A DNA stretch of 64,000 nucleotides, taken from the NCBI GenBank assembly GCA_948434005.1, contig CAOJEH010000001.1, forward strand, positions 219,880-283,879. The letters are read 5' to 3'. This DNA is from an uncultured Mycoplasmatota bacterium (lineage in GTDB: Bacteria > Bacillota_I > Bacilli_A > RF39 > UBA660). A program made the position numbers and the translations under genes. Below are positions 47,159-56,766 of the stretch, piece after piece (the first letter of the stretch is position 1; every line of letters starts with the position of its first letter). Below the pieces are notes generated by a model. It ran no database searches, was not told where the DNA came from, and saw only the letters and a list, made by a program, of their open reading frames with translations.

Positions 47159-47512
47159 ATGCTTTTAGGTCAAAGGATAAAATCCTTACGAAAAGAAAAT
47201 AACCTCACACAAGAAGAATTAGGCAAGTTGATAAATGTAACAAAAGTAAGTATTTGCTGCTATGAAAAAGAAACAAGAATCCCAACCCTTGAGACTTTAG
47301 CAGCACTTGCAAATGTTTTTAAAGTAGATATAAATTACTTTATAGGTAATGATGAATATGTAGTGGCCGATAATGATAAAAACTATGGAATGTATGTAGC
47401 TAAGGAAGAATTAGAATTTATAAACGAAATTAGAAAATACAGAAATTTGCATAAAAAAGTAATTGAAGAACCTAAAAGAACAGTAGAGTTAATTGATTTA
47501 AAAATGAGATAG
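47159..47512 (+). CDS. XRE-family helix-turn-helix transcriptional regulator
   Basis: LGQRIKSLRKENNLTQEELGKLINVTKVSICCYEKETRIPTLETLAALANVFKVD is a Cro/C1-type HTH. Confidence 0.7.
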   Translation: MLLGQRIKSLRKENNLTQEELGKLINVTKVSICCYEKETRIPTLETLAALANVFKVDINYFIGNDEYVVADNDKNYGMYVAKEELEFINEIRKYRNLHKKVIEEPKRTVELIDLKMR

Positions 47513-47592
47513 AATAAAATCTTTCTCATTTTTTATTTACTATATAGTAAATATATCTTATAATATAAATGTAAAATAGAAGAGGTATAGTT

Positions 47593-48648
47593 ATGAAAAG
47601 AAGTTTAAAAATAATAATAATGATAGGAGGCTTATTTTTATTAACAGGATGTGTTAAATATAATGCCGTAATGGATATTAAAAAAGATAAATCAATGGAT
47701 TTTTCTATAATATATGCAGTAGATACTAGTGTATTTGGTGACCAAGAAATATATAAGGAATCAGATAAAAAAGAGTTAGAAAAACAGGGATTTACTATTG
47801 AAAATTATAGTAAAGATAATATGAAAGGTTATACTATTAGAATTAATGTTTCAAATATTGATGAAGTAAGTTCCAATGAAGATACTATTTATAATTTAAC
47901 TAATGCAACTAAAAATAGTAAAAAAGAAAATAAAATATTTACATTAAAAAAAGGTATTTTTAAAAATACATATAAAGCTAATTTAAAATTTGATTCAGCT
48001 GATAGTGATTTAAATAGTACTACTACAACAGAAGATAATACAACTGATTATAGTACAGATAGTAGTGAAAATACAGGTGATTGGGATGAACTTACTAACT
48101 CACTTACAAATAGTGCAAGTAACTTAGATTTAAGTTTTAAAGTGAATCTACCATATTCAGCTATAAGTAATAATGCTACTCAAATAAGCAATGATAATAA
48201 AGAGTTGGTTTGGTCTTTAACAAGTAATGAAGCATCTAATATAGAATTTGAGTTTAGTTTGTATAATAGAAATAATATAATCATTGTATCAGTAGCACTT
48301 ATATTAATAATTATAATAGTTGTTATAGCTATTATAAATAGTAGAAAGAAGAAAAATACTGGGACTTCATCTGATACTACTAATAGTAATATAGAAAAAT
48401 TGAATATGAATACTATAAATGAAAATAATAATGATATAAATAATGTACAAACTATTAATAGTAATTTAGAACAGTCTCCTAATATCGAAAAAAATAATGT
48501 TATAAATAACTTACCACAAGAACAAAGTGGACCATCACTAACAAATATGTATAGTAGACAAGACAGCATGAATAATACCCAAAATATTACTAAAGAGGAA
48601 ACTAATCAAATAAATACCACTAATAATCAAAATAATATAAATCAGTAA
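47593..48648 (+). CDS. Lipoprotein with an additional C-proximal TM segment and an N/Q-rich tail
   Basis: Lipobox LLTGC, then an extracytoplasmic domain, a TM segment (IIIVSVALILIIIIVVIAII) and a polar N/T/Q-rich C-terminal region. Confidence 0.5.
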   Translation: MKRSLKIIIMIGGLFLLTGCVKYNAVMDIKKDKSMDFSIIYAVDTSVFGDQEIYKESDKKELEKQGFTIENYSKDNMKGYTIRINVSNIDEVSSNEDTIYNLTNATKNSKKENKIFTLKKGIFKNTYKANLKFDSADSDLNSTTTTEDNTTDYSTDSSENTGDWDELTNSLTNSASNLDLSFKVNLPYSAISNNATQISNDNKELVWSLTSNEASNIEFEFSLYNRNNIIIVSVALILIIIIVVIAIINSRKKKNTGTSSDTTNSNIEKLNMNTINENNNDINNVQTINSNLEQSPNIEKNNVINNLPQEQSGPSLTNMYSRQDSMNNTQNITKEETNQINTTNNQNNINQ

Positions 48649-48666
48649 AGTAAGACAGGTGATAGT

Positions 48667-49074
48667 GTGGAAGTTATTATAAGAGAATTTAAAAATGATG
48701 ATTTAGAATCACTGAATAATTTATTAAACGAAGTCTACGAAGTTAAAAGATGTGGATTAACTACTAATGGTAATATAGAATTAGTAGCGGTATTTAATAA
48801 TGAAATAGTAGGATATACTATTATAAATAAGTTATATAACGTTATAGAAAATTGTTATTATGCACATATAAATTATGTATGTGTATTAAAAGAATATAGA
48901 AATAAAGGTATTGCCTCTAAAATATTTAACGAAGTATTTAATATATGCAAAGAAGAGAGTATAAAATATCTCGAATTAACTTCTAATAGTTCTAGAGTAG
49001 AAGCACATAAATTATATAAAAACCTTGGATTTAGTATTAGAGAAACAGATGTATTTAGAAAGGAACTTATATGA
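48667..49074 (+). CDS. GNAT-family N-acetyltransferase
   Basis: Acetyl-CoA binding motif YRNKGIASKIFNEV (R/Q-x-x-G-x-G/A). GTG start with an ACAGGTGA RBS. Confidence 0.7.
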   Translation: MEVIIREFKNDDLESLNNLLNEVYEVKRCGLTTNGNIELVAVFNNEIVGYTIINKLYNVIENCYYAHINYVCVLKEYRNKGIASKIFNEVFNICKEESIKYLELTSNSSRVEAHKLYKNLGFSIRETDVFRKELI

Positions 49075-50291
49075 TAGTAGATATTATAAATAAAAAAAGA
49101 TTAGGTAAACATTTAACAAAAGAAGAATTAGAATTTGCATTTAATAGTTATTTAAAGAAAAAAGTAAAAGATTATCAAATGTCTGCTCTTTTAATGGCAA
49201 TATGTTTAAATGGAATGTCAGATAGAGAAATATTTGATTTAACTGAGATATTTATAAAAAGTGGTGATGTATTAGATTTTTCTGATATTCCGGGTATTAA
49301 AGTTGATAAACATTCTACTGGTGGTGTTGGAGATAAAACTACTATAGTAATCGCACCTATAGTTGCAAGTTTAGGTGTCCCTGTTGTTAAGATGAGTGGT
49401 AGAGGATTAGGACATACAGGGGGAACTATTGATAAACTTGAATCAATCCCTGGATTTAGAACTAATCTAACAGATGAACAAGTAAAAGAAGAGGTAGAAA
49501 AAATAGGAATGGTTGTCACTGGTCAGACTGCAAACCTAACACCTCTAGATAAACTAATATATGCACTTAGAGATGTTACGGGTACTGTAGAATCAGTTCC
49601 TCTAGTTGCGACTAGTATTATGAGTAAAAAGATAGCAAGTGGTGCGGATAAAATACTAATAGATATAAAACTTGGAAAAGGGGCTTTAATAAAAACAAAA
49701 ACATGGGCAAAGAAACTATCAAAGTTAATGATTAAAATAGGAAAATTTCATAATAAAGAAGTAAGAACTTTAATAACTAATATGGATAATCCATTAGGAG
49801 ATTCTATTGGTAACAGTATTGAAATAGAAGAAGCAATGGACATTTTAAATGGTAAAAAAGGTGCTCTAACAGATTTATGTATAGAATTAGCATCCGAAAT
49901 GGTAAGTATGGGTAAAGAAATATCTTATGAAGAAGCAGAAAAACAAGTCATAGAAACAATAAAAAATAAAAATGCTTACAATAAGTTTTTAGAATTTGTC
50001 GCATATCAAAAAGGAGACATAAAAGGTTTAAAGAAAAGTAATAAAACTATTGAAATAAAATCACAAAAATCTGGAATAATAGAAAAGATAGACGCCTTGG
50101 AAATTGGAAAGCTATCAGTAAAATTAGGTGCAGGTAGAGAAAATAAAGAAGATGAGATTAATCCAACGGTAGGAATAAAACTAAATAAACTAGTTGGCGA
50201 TAAAGTAAAAGAAAATGAGGTCTTATGTACATTATATGTCGAAAAGAGCGAAAACTATGACTATATATGTAAATATTTTGAAATAAATTAA
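49071..50291 (+). CDS. pdp: Pyrimidine-nucleoside (thymidine) phosphorylase
   Basis: Has VDKHSTGGVGDKTT and SGRGLGHTGGTIDKLESIPG, diagnostic of the thymidine/pyrimidine-nucleoside phosphorylase family. Confidence 0.85.
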   Translation: MIVDIINKKRLGKHLTKEELEFAFNSYLKKKVKDYQMSALLMAICLNGMSDREIFDLTEIFIKSGDVLDFSDIPGIKVDKHSTGGVGDKTTIVIAPIVASLGVPVVKMSGRGLGHTGGTIDKLESIPGFRTNLTDEQVKEEVEKIGMVVTGQTANLTPLDKLIYALRDVTGTVESVPLVATSIMSKKIASGADKILIDIKLGKGALIKTKTWAKKLSKLMIKIGKFHNKEVRTLITNMDNPLGDSIGNSIEIEEAMDILNGKKGALTDLCIELASEMVSMGKEISYEEAEKQVIETIKNKNAYNKFLEFVAYQKGDIKGLKKSNKTIEIKSQKSGIIEKIDALEIGKLSVKLGAGRENKEDEINPTVGIKLNKLVGDKVKENEVLCTLYVEKSENYDYICKYFEIN

Positions 50292-50354
50292 AAAAATATT
50301 GGAAAATATAAAAACCATGTTATAATTGTTATATAAAGGTAAGGTGAATATAAT

Positions 50355-51512
50355 ATGAAGAAAAACAAAATTTTAACAATCGCAATTTTATTAGTTACAA
50401 TACTATTTGGAACTTTAGATGTAAATGCTGCTACTACTTATGCAGAAAAGTTACCTGATACTGTAACAAGAGGAGCGATTACATATAGTTATACAACAGG
50501 AACAAATGCTACAGACGGTAAATCTAATTATCCATTTTATAATGAAGATACAACAGGAACTTATTTATTATATTGTTCTGATAGAAATATTCCAAATTAT
50601 GAACATAATGATGTATTAAAGAAAAGTTCAGAAAGATTACCATATGGATATGTTACGATTTTAAAAGGGACATATGAAATTGATTCTATATATGGTTATA
50701 TACTTGATGGTTCAATGAAGGAATATACAGATAAGGAACAAATGAAGAAAATGACAAATACATGGATAACACAAATGGCTCTATGGGGATATCAAGGAAC
50801 AATAACTGATGCAGAAATTAATCAAGATTCATTAAGATATAAAGTTAATGAATCCGCTGGTAATATAAATCTTGCTAATAAAGAGGTTCGTTTATACGGA
50901 ACTCCAGATGCTGAATTAGGAGCTAAAGATACATGGAATAAATATGTAGCTTCGGTTATCCAAAAAGCCAAATCAGCAAAAGATCCAGCCGATGCAAAAC
51001 TAAATGTAACTGCAGATAAAGAAGTTACTTGGACAGAGTCTGATAATATAGCAAAAAGTAACTTAATAAAAGTTGAATCAGAATATGGAGTTGATGCAAC
51101 ATTATCTAAGTTCTCTATATCTTTGGAAAATGCTCCAGAAGGAACAAAAGTTTATACAGAAAATGGAAAAGAAGTTACAAATACTACTAGTATAACAGGT
51201 GGTACAAAATTATATGTAACTATAGATAAAAATAAATTAGATAAAAGCAAGGAATATAATTTTAAATTGAATGCTACAGGAACTATAACTTATGATGCAG
51301 CTTATAAGTATACTAATGATAGCGGTAAACAACCATCAGTTTTAATAGGACCAGAAACAAAAGAAATACAAGGAGTATTGGATTTTAAATTAGTTCCAGA
51401 TACTGCAAGTTCTCTTTCTAAGTCTGTCTACTATATAGGATTTATAATTCTACTATGTGGAGTAGGAATGATATATGCAAATGTTAGACCAAAAAGACAA
51501 GAAGAAGAGTAA
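50355..51512 (+). CDS. Sortase-anchored surface protein with a putative thioester (TQxA) adhesin domain
   Basis: Signal peptide (MKKNKILTIAILLVTILFGTLDVNA). The TQMALW motif matches the TQxA(I/V/L)W thioester-domain signature, with a candidate partner Cys in LLYCSD. The C-terminal sorting signal is VPDTAS, then a hydrophobic stretch and KRQEEE (LPDTA-like). Confidence 0.55.
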   Translation: MKKNKILTIAILLVTILFGTLDVNAATTYAEKLPDTVTRGAITYSYTTGTNATDGKSNYPFYNEDTTGTYLLYCSDRNIPNYEHNDVLKKSSERLPYGYVTILKGTYEIDSIYGYILDGSMKEYTDKEQMKKMTNTWITQMALWGYQGTITDAEINQDSLRYKVNESAGNINLANKEVRLYGTPDAELGAKDTWNKYVASVIQKAKSAKDPADAKLNVTADKEVTWTESDNIAKSNLIKVESEYGVDATLSKFSISLENAPEGTKVYTENGKEVTNTTSITGGTKLYVTIDKNKLDKSKEYNFKLNATGTITYDAAYKYTNDSGKQPSVLIGPETKEIQGVLDFKLVPDTASSLSKSVYYIGFIILLCGVGMIYANVRPKRQEEE

Positions 51513-52152
51513 AAACAATAAAAAAATAACAAAGAGTCAATTATGTTTATTTGGCTCTTTGCTTGTAATTATAGGAATATCACTATTATCAATGGATCAT
51601 ATAAAAGAACTAAAAAAACAGGTTTTTTCAGATATGCAACTATCTTTTATGAATGAAGATAATGTTAATGATATAGTACAAGATGTTCCTAAAGTAGAAG
51701 AAGTAGATAAAAAGACAGAAGAAAAAAAAGAAGAACCTAAAAAGCAGATAGATTTTAGTAAGTATAATGGAATAATAGAAATACCTAAGATAGGTTTAAA
51801 AAGAGGCTTCTATAATTTTGGACATAAATACAACAACATAAAGTATAATGTTACTGTTATTGGTGGATCAACAATGCCTGATGTAGTAAATGGCAACCTA
51901 ATTTTAGCAGCACATTCAGGAGATGCCTATGTTTCCTATTTTGCTTATTTATATAAATTAGGTATAGGTGACTATGTATATATTACTTATAACGGGATTA
52001 TATACAAATATCAAATAGTTAATATTTATAATGTAGCTAAAACAGGTTCAGTAACAATCAATAGAAATGAAGCCAAAACTACATTAACTATGATAACATG
52101 CACTAAGAATAGCGATACTGAACAAACAGTATATATTTCAGAATTAGTATAA
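51475..52152 (+). CDS. Sortase (transpeptidase), likely a class D/YhcS-like housekeeping-type enzyme for the adjacent substrate
   Basis: N-terminal TM anchor, catalytic His in LILAAHSG, the TLxTC motif TLTMITCT and a conserved Arg downstream. Overlaps the end of the substrate gene. Confidence 0.75.
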   Translation: MQMLDQKDKKKSKNNKKITKSQLCLFGSLLVIIGISLLSMDHIKELKKQVFSDMQLSFMNEDNVNDIVQDVPKVEEVDKKTEEKKEEPKKQIDFSKYNGIIEIPKIGLKRGFYNFGHKYNNIKYNVTVIGGSTMPDVVNGNLILAAHSGDAYVSYFAYLYKLGIGDYVYITYNGIIYKYQIVNIYNVAKTGSVTINRNEAKTTLTMITCTKNSDTEQTVYISELV

Positions 52153-52174
52153 GAGTAAATAGGAGGTAAAGACA

Positions 52175-52747
52175 ATGGAAATGACCATAATAGATAAAGT
52201 TGCTTTAATATTTAAATACATATTCTCATCTTTTATGGGGATAGAACTATTTCTACTAAGCTTAATTTTATTCTTATTCACATTTTTAAATATTAAAAAG
52301 AATAATAAAAAAGTTAAAATAGTATCTGCTATACTATGTATAGGCTTTTTAATAGGAATTATTTTGACATATAGATCATATGCAGTAGAAAGTATAGATT
52401 CGTTTATAAAAGCTGTACTAAGTTATCTATATTTCCCATCTATGGTAGTATACTTCTTTATAATTTTATTTGTAACAATAGATATAATAATAACTATATT
52501 TTCTAATAAAATGCCAAGAACTAAGAAGATAGTAAACTCTAGTGTATTAAGCATCTTATATTTTTGTTTTATGGCCGTAATATCTATCGCCCTAACAAAT
52601 GATATAAACTTATCATCAACAGTAAGCTTATATACAAATGATACATTACTTTCATTTATACAAATGAGTAATTTACTATTTGCATTTTGGATTGAATTTA
52701 CAATCCTATATTACTTTTATAAATTTTTACAAAAGAAGTTTGACTAA
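52175..52747 (+). CDS. Hypothetical membrane protein (190 aa)
   Basis: Five hydrophobic segments. Confidence 0.4.
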   Translation: MEMTIIDKVALIFKYIFSSFMGIELFLLSLILFLFTFLNIKKNNKKVKIVSAILCIGFLIGIILTYRSYAVESIDSFIKAVLSYLYFPSMVVYFFIILFVTIDIIITIFSNKMPRTKKIVNSSVLSILYFCFMAVISIALTNDINLSSTVSLYTNDTLLSFIQMSNLLFAFWIEFTILYYFYKFLQKKFD

Positions 52748-52787
52748 TTTAATAAATAAAACTCATCCTAATAAGGGTGATTTTTTT

Positions 52788-53726
52788 ATGAAGATAAGAC
52801 TAGGTTATGCATGTGTTACAGAAACATTAAATATAACAACATCAACAAACTATACATATACAAACTATATAAAAGAAAAAGATTTAGATAAATTAAATAA
52901 TATAATAAAATCAAACTTAGAAGGACTAAAAGAAATACTTAACTATAATCTAAAAAATAATATCCATTTTTATAGATTATCATCAAAACTTATACCACTT
53001 GCTACAAAAGAAGATGTTAAGTTTAATTACATTGATAAATATAAAAATGAATATAAAAAAATATCTGATATTATAAATAAAAATAAAATGAGAGTAGATT
53101 TTCATCCTGATCAATTTTGTGTTTTAAATAGTATAAAAAAAGAAGTAGTTAGTAACTCTATAGAAATATTAAAATATCATTATGATATTTTAGATAGTTT
53201 AAAAATAAAAGATAAAGTATTAATACTTCATATAGGTAGTAATGTATTTGGCAAAGAAAAATCTTTAAGTAGATTTATAAAAAATTATAGTTTACTTCCC
53301 AAAAATATTAAAGATTCCATCGTTATAGAAAATGATGATAAAGTATTTAATATAAAAGATTGCTTATATCTTAATAATAAATTAGATATTCCTATAGTCT
53401 TAGATTATCATCATTATATTTGTAATAATAATAAAGAAGACTTATATAAAAATATTGATAAAATATTTTCAACATGGAAAACTATTAATCCTAAGATACA
53501 CTTTTCTTCACCTAAAAGTAAACTAAAAAAAGAGATGAGAAGTCATAATGATTATATAGATAGTGAAATATTTATAGATTTTATAGAGAGAATAAAACAT
53601 CTTAATTACGATATTGATATTATGATAGAAGCTAAGAAAAAAGATGAGGCTATGTTTAGACTCATCAGAGAAATAAAGTATAAAACCAATTACAAATTTA
53701 TAGATGATACCACTTTTATTGTCTAA
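52788..53726 (+). CDS. uvdE: UV-damage endonuclease
   Basis: Start set at MKIRLGYA (AAGGGTGA RBS). Collinear with B. subtilis UvsE: FYR.SS...PLAT, FHPDQF..L.S, HIGS/G, ENDDK, DYHH, HFSSPKS, SHNDYID, IMIEAK.KD.A..RL. Confidence 0.85.
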   Translation: MKIRLGYACVTETLNITTSTNYTYTNYIKEKDLDKLNNIIKSNLEGLKEILNYNLKNNIHFYRLSSKLIPLATKEDVKFNYIDKYKNEYKKISDIINKNKMRVDFHPDQFCVLNSIKKEVVSNSIEILKYHYDILDSLKIKDKVLILHIGSNVFGKEKSLSRFIKNYSLLPKNIKDSIVIENDDKVFNIKDCLYLNNKLDIPIVLDYHHYICNNNKEDLYKNIDKIFSTWKTINPKIHFSSPKSKLKKEMRSHNDYIDSEIFIDFIERIKHLNYDIDIMIEAKKKDEAMFRLIREIKYKTNYKFIDDTTFIV

Positions 53727-54694
53727 TTATTTTTATCTATTTTTTGGATATAGTATTCTTCAAATGTAATATCGTTATTATGAATATATTTGGCTATATC
53801 TTTACCAACATATCTATAATGCCACGATTCATATTGATAACCAGTGATATTTTCTTTTCCTTCAGGAAATCTCAATATAAAACCATATTTATAAGCATTT
53901 TTTTGCATCCAATCAAAAGAATCACTTTGCTCAAAATTAGTGTAATCTAAAACTCCATCATAAATATCTACACATAAACCAGTTTGATGCTCAGAAAAAC
54001 CTGCTCTAGCAGAATATGTATCAGCATCTTTTATCCCATCTGCTTCTTTATATTTTTCAAATAAATTAACTTGATACTTATAACTTCTATAACTAGACAT
54101 AGCAATTATTGGTCTTTTATCTTTCCTAGCTTCTCTTGCCATAGCTACAAAAGCATCCTTAGCATTCTTAACTAACCTCATTCCACTTCTAGCATATTCT
54201 TCTGGAATAATCTCCAAATTATTTGGTATATAATCCTCTTCTAAATACGAATATTTATTAACAAGTATATAGTCTTTATTTAAATCTTTAGCTTTTCTAG
54301 TATGTGTATAAAAATCATAATCTAGGCCTAAATTAACTCTAGTTATAATATCATTAATACTTAACTTTTTATTATTTTTATAGTATTTATAATACCTATC
54401 AATATATTTATTATTACAATAACTTATTTTTTTACATTCTTTTTTTATTTTATCTTTGAAAGAAGTATTTTTCTTAATAACAATAGTCTTTTCTTTACTA
54501 GGACTCTTTTTACTTATATTTTTATATGTAGCAGTAGAAATTATAATAATAATAGTAGTAATTAAAAACATTATAAGAAACTTTTTAACCTTTTTCTTTA
54601 ATTTTCTTTTCCTTCTTCTACCCATAGAACCACATCCTAATACTATAATAGCATTAAAATGTCTATTTATGTATATTTTTTTTGCTATAGACAT
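53723..54694 (-). CDS. VanY/M15B-family D-alanyl-D-alanine carboxypeptidase, membrane-anchored
   Basis: Has SEHQTGLCVDI (SxHxxGxAxD zinc site) and ESWHYRYVG (ExxH). N-terminal basic region plus a TM. The true start may be an internal Met. Confidence 0.7.
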   Translation of the reverse strand: MSIAKKIYINRHFNAIIVLGCGSMGRRRKRKLKKKVKKFLIMFLITTIIIIISTATYKNISKKSPSKEKTIVIKKNTSFKDKIKKECKKISYCNNKYIDRYYKYYKNNKKLSINDIITRVNLGLDYDFYTHTRKAKDLNKDYILVNKYSYLEEDYIPNNLEIIPEEYARSGMRLVKNAKDAFVAMAREARKDKRPIIAMSSYRSYKYQVNLFEKYKEADGIKDADTYSARAGFSEHQTGLCVDIYDGVLDYTNFEQSDSFDWMQKNAYKYGFILRFPEGKENITGYQYESWHYRYVGKDIAKYIHNNDITFEEYYIQKIDKNN

Positions 54695-54715
54695 AAAAAA
54701 TTATAGGAGGAGTTT

Positions 54716-55873
54716 ATGAAAAGAATTATTAAACTATTTATAATAGGACTATTTATTATACCTATATCTGTATTTGCAAAGGAAGAAAGTAAGGAATTAA
54801 TTCCTAATGCTACATCTGGATTGCTTATGGAACAAACAACAGGGGAAATAATATTTGAAAAAGATAAAGATAAGAAAGTCGCGATAGCATCTATGACTAA
54901 GATGGTAGCGCAAACTATAATATTAGAAAATATAGAGAACGGTAAAATAAAATGGACTGATATAGTTACAGTTAGTAAAAATGCAGCTGATATGGGAGGA
55001 TCTCAGATTTACTTAACAGCTAATGAGAAAATGAGTGTAAAGGACTTATTTAAAGGTATTTCTATGGCAAGTGCAAATGATGCTACAGTTGCAATGGCTG
55101 AATATATCGCAGGTACTGAAGAAAAATTTGTAGAACAAATGAATAAAAAAGTAAATGAATTAGGTCTTAAAAATACAAAATTTAAAAACGCAACAGGACT
55201 TGATGAAGAGGGTCATTATTCATCTGCTTATGATATGGCAATAATTGCAAAAAACTTATTAAATCATGAAAAAATATTAGATTTTTCCTCAGTATATGAA
55301 GACTATTTAAGAGAAAATACTGAAAATAAATTTTGGCTTGTAAATACCAATAAATTAGTTAGATACTATAAAGGCGCAGATGGATTAAAAACAGGTCATA
55401 CTGATGCCGCTAAATATTGTCTTGCTGCAACAGCTAAGAAAGATGGTATGAGACTAATTGCAATAGTTTTAGGTGAAGAAGTAAGTAAGGTAAGAAATAG
55501 TGAAGCAATGGCACTTCTTGATTATGGTTTCAATAATAAAAAAATGACTACTATAAAATCTAAAGGCGAAGTAGTAAGAGAAATATCTTTTGATAAAGGA
55601 AATAAAGATAAAATATCAGTAATTCCTAAAAATGATATAGGTGTATTACAAGATAAAAATACAAATAAACATGAATATTCATATAAAGTGAAAATAAATG
55701 ATACCAAACTACCTTTAAAAAAAGGAGATAAAGTAGGTACTATAAATGTATATGAAAAAAATAAACTTGTAACTACAGGTGAATTAATATCAAATACAAA
55801 TGTAGATAAACTAAGTTATCTAGAATTATGTAAGGAAATGTTAAAAAATTCAATATTAGGAATTATTAAGTAA
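54716..55873 (+). CDS. dacA: Serine-type D-alanyl-D-alanine carboxypeptidase (PBP5-like)
   Basis: Signal peptide, then SxxK active site ASMTKM, SAN motif (SANDA) and KTG (KTGHT). Confidence 0.85.
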   Translation: MKRIIKLFIIGLFIIPISVFAKEESKELIPNATSGLLMEQTTGEIIFEKDKDKKVAIASMTKMVAQTIILENIENGKIKWTDIVTVSKNAADMGGSQIYLTANEKMSVKDLFKGISMASANDATVAMAEYIAGTEEKFVEQMNKKVNELGLKNTKFKNATGLDEEGHYSSAYDMAIIAKNLLNHEKILDFSSVYEDYLRENTENKFWLVNTNKLVRYYKGADGLKTGHTDAAKYCLAATAKKDGMRLIAIVLGEEVSKVRNSEAMALLDYGFNNKKMTTIKSKGEVVREISFDKGNKDKISVIPKNDIGVLQDKNTNKHEYSYKVKINDTKLPLKKGDKVGTINVYEKNKLVTTGELISNTNVDKLSYLELCKEMLKNSILGIIK

Positions 55874-56044
55874 AATAATACAAAATATAGTTTATAATCT
55901 TATGATATTATTTCGAAATGAAGTAATATCATTTTAAATGTCAAATTGTTTTTCTAAAATTAGTAAAATATAATAAAAGAGTTGTAAAAATAATTAATAG
56001 GCTTTATTATATTACTATAAGATATTGTAAATAAGGAGGAAAGT

Positions 56045-56635
56045 ATGAAAGAAAAAAGAAATATTATAGTATTTACTATAGCCATTGCAATTATTGCATC
56101 AATAACAGCAGTAGGAATTGCCTATGCTTCATTTTCACAAACATTAAAAATTAATGGTAATGCTACAGTAAGGACAGCAACATGGAAAGTAAAATTTTCA
56201 AATTTAACTAATGCTACATTAACAGGAACAGCACAAGAAATTACAGCACCAACAATTACTACAAATGATACTAAAATAGGGGATTATTCAGTATCTCTAA
56301 CTAAGCCTGGAGATTCTGTTAGCTATACCTTTGATGTTGTTAATGAGGGAACATTTGATGCAAAAGTTTCTAGTGTCACAATTCCTACACCAACATGCAC
56401 AGGAACAGGAGATAATGCAACAGTTGATGGTAATAATGTTTGTAATAATATTAGTTATACACTAACTTATTCAGATGGAACTAGTGTACAAGAATCAGAT
56501 ACTTTAAATAGTAATGAAACTAAAACAATGAAATTAACATTAAAATACGCTGATGGAATTACATCTGAACAACTACCAAAAAATGATGTAGCTATTAGTG
56601 GCTTAGAAACTACAATTATATATGGTCAATCATAG
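56045..56635 (+). CDS. Secreted protein with a SipW-cognate-like signal peptide (TasA/CalY-class leader), 196 aa, Thr-rich
   Basis: Leader MKEKRNIIVFTIAIAIIASITAVGIAYASFSQTLK: a basic stretch, a long hydrophobic stretch, then G-x-A-Y-A-S-F-S. Compare the TasA ...GGGTWAAFND and CalY ...GGGTFAFFSD cleavage regions. Lies immediately upstream of sipW. Confidence 0.5.
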   Translation: MKEKRNIIVFTIAIAIIASITAVGIAYASFSQTLKINGNATVRTATWKVKFSNLTNATLTGTAQEITAPTITTNDTKIGDYSVSLTKPGDSVSYTFDVVNEGTFDAKVSSVTIPTPTCTGTGDNATVDGNNVCNNISYTLTYSDGTSVQESDTLNSNETKTMKLTLKYADGITSEQLPKNDVAISGLETTIIYGQS

Positions 56636-56766
56636 TATCTAAAATATCGGATACTTATGAAAATAAAAGTGTAATGATTCTGATAACATAATAATTTGTA
56701 TGTATTAATATATGAATAGTTGCACTTTTATTTTATTTTTTAGAAAGATAAAAAGTGGGTGAATAG

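Noticed and set aside
48180-48569. Minus-strand ORF inside the lipoprotein gene
   Set aside because: It is antisense to a conserved gene.
49175-49519. Minus-strand ORF inside pdp
   Set aside because: It is antisense to a conserved gene.
53723-54694. Extended N-terminus of the vanY-like ORF (MSIAKKIYINRHFNAIIVLGCGSMGRRRKRK...) as a distinct domain
   Set aside because: It is more likely upstream read-through of the ORF caller. The real start is probably an internal Met just before the basic stretch or TM anchor. No separate feature is warranted.
53744-54719. Small plus-strand ORFs 53744..53950 and 54456..54719 overlapping the vanY-like gene
   Set aside because: They are antisense to a gene with clear M15 peptidase motifs. 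The translations are hydrophobic junk typical of AT-rich antisense frames.
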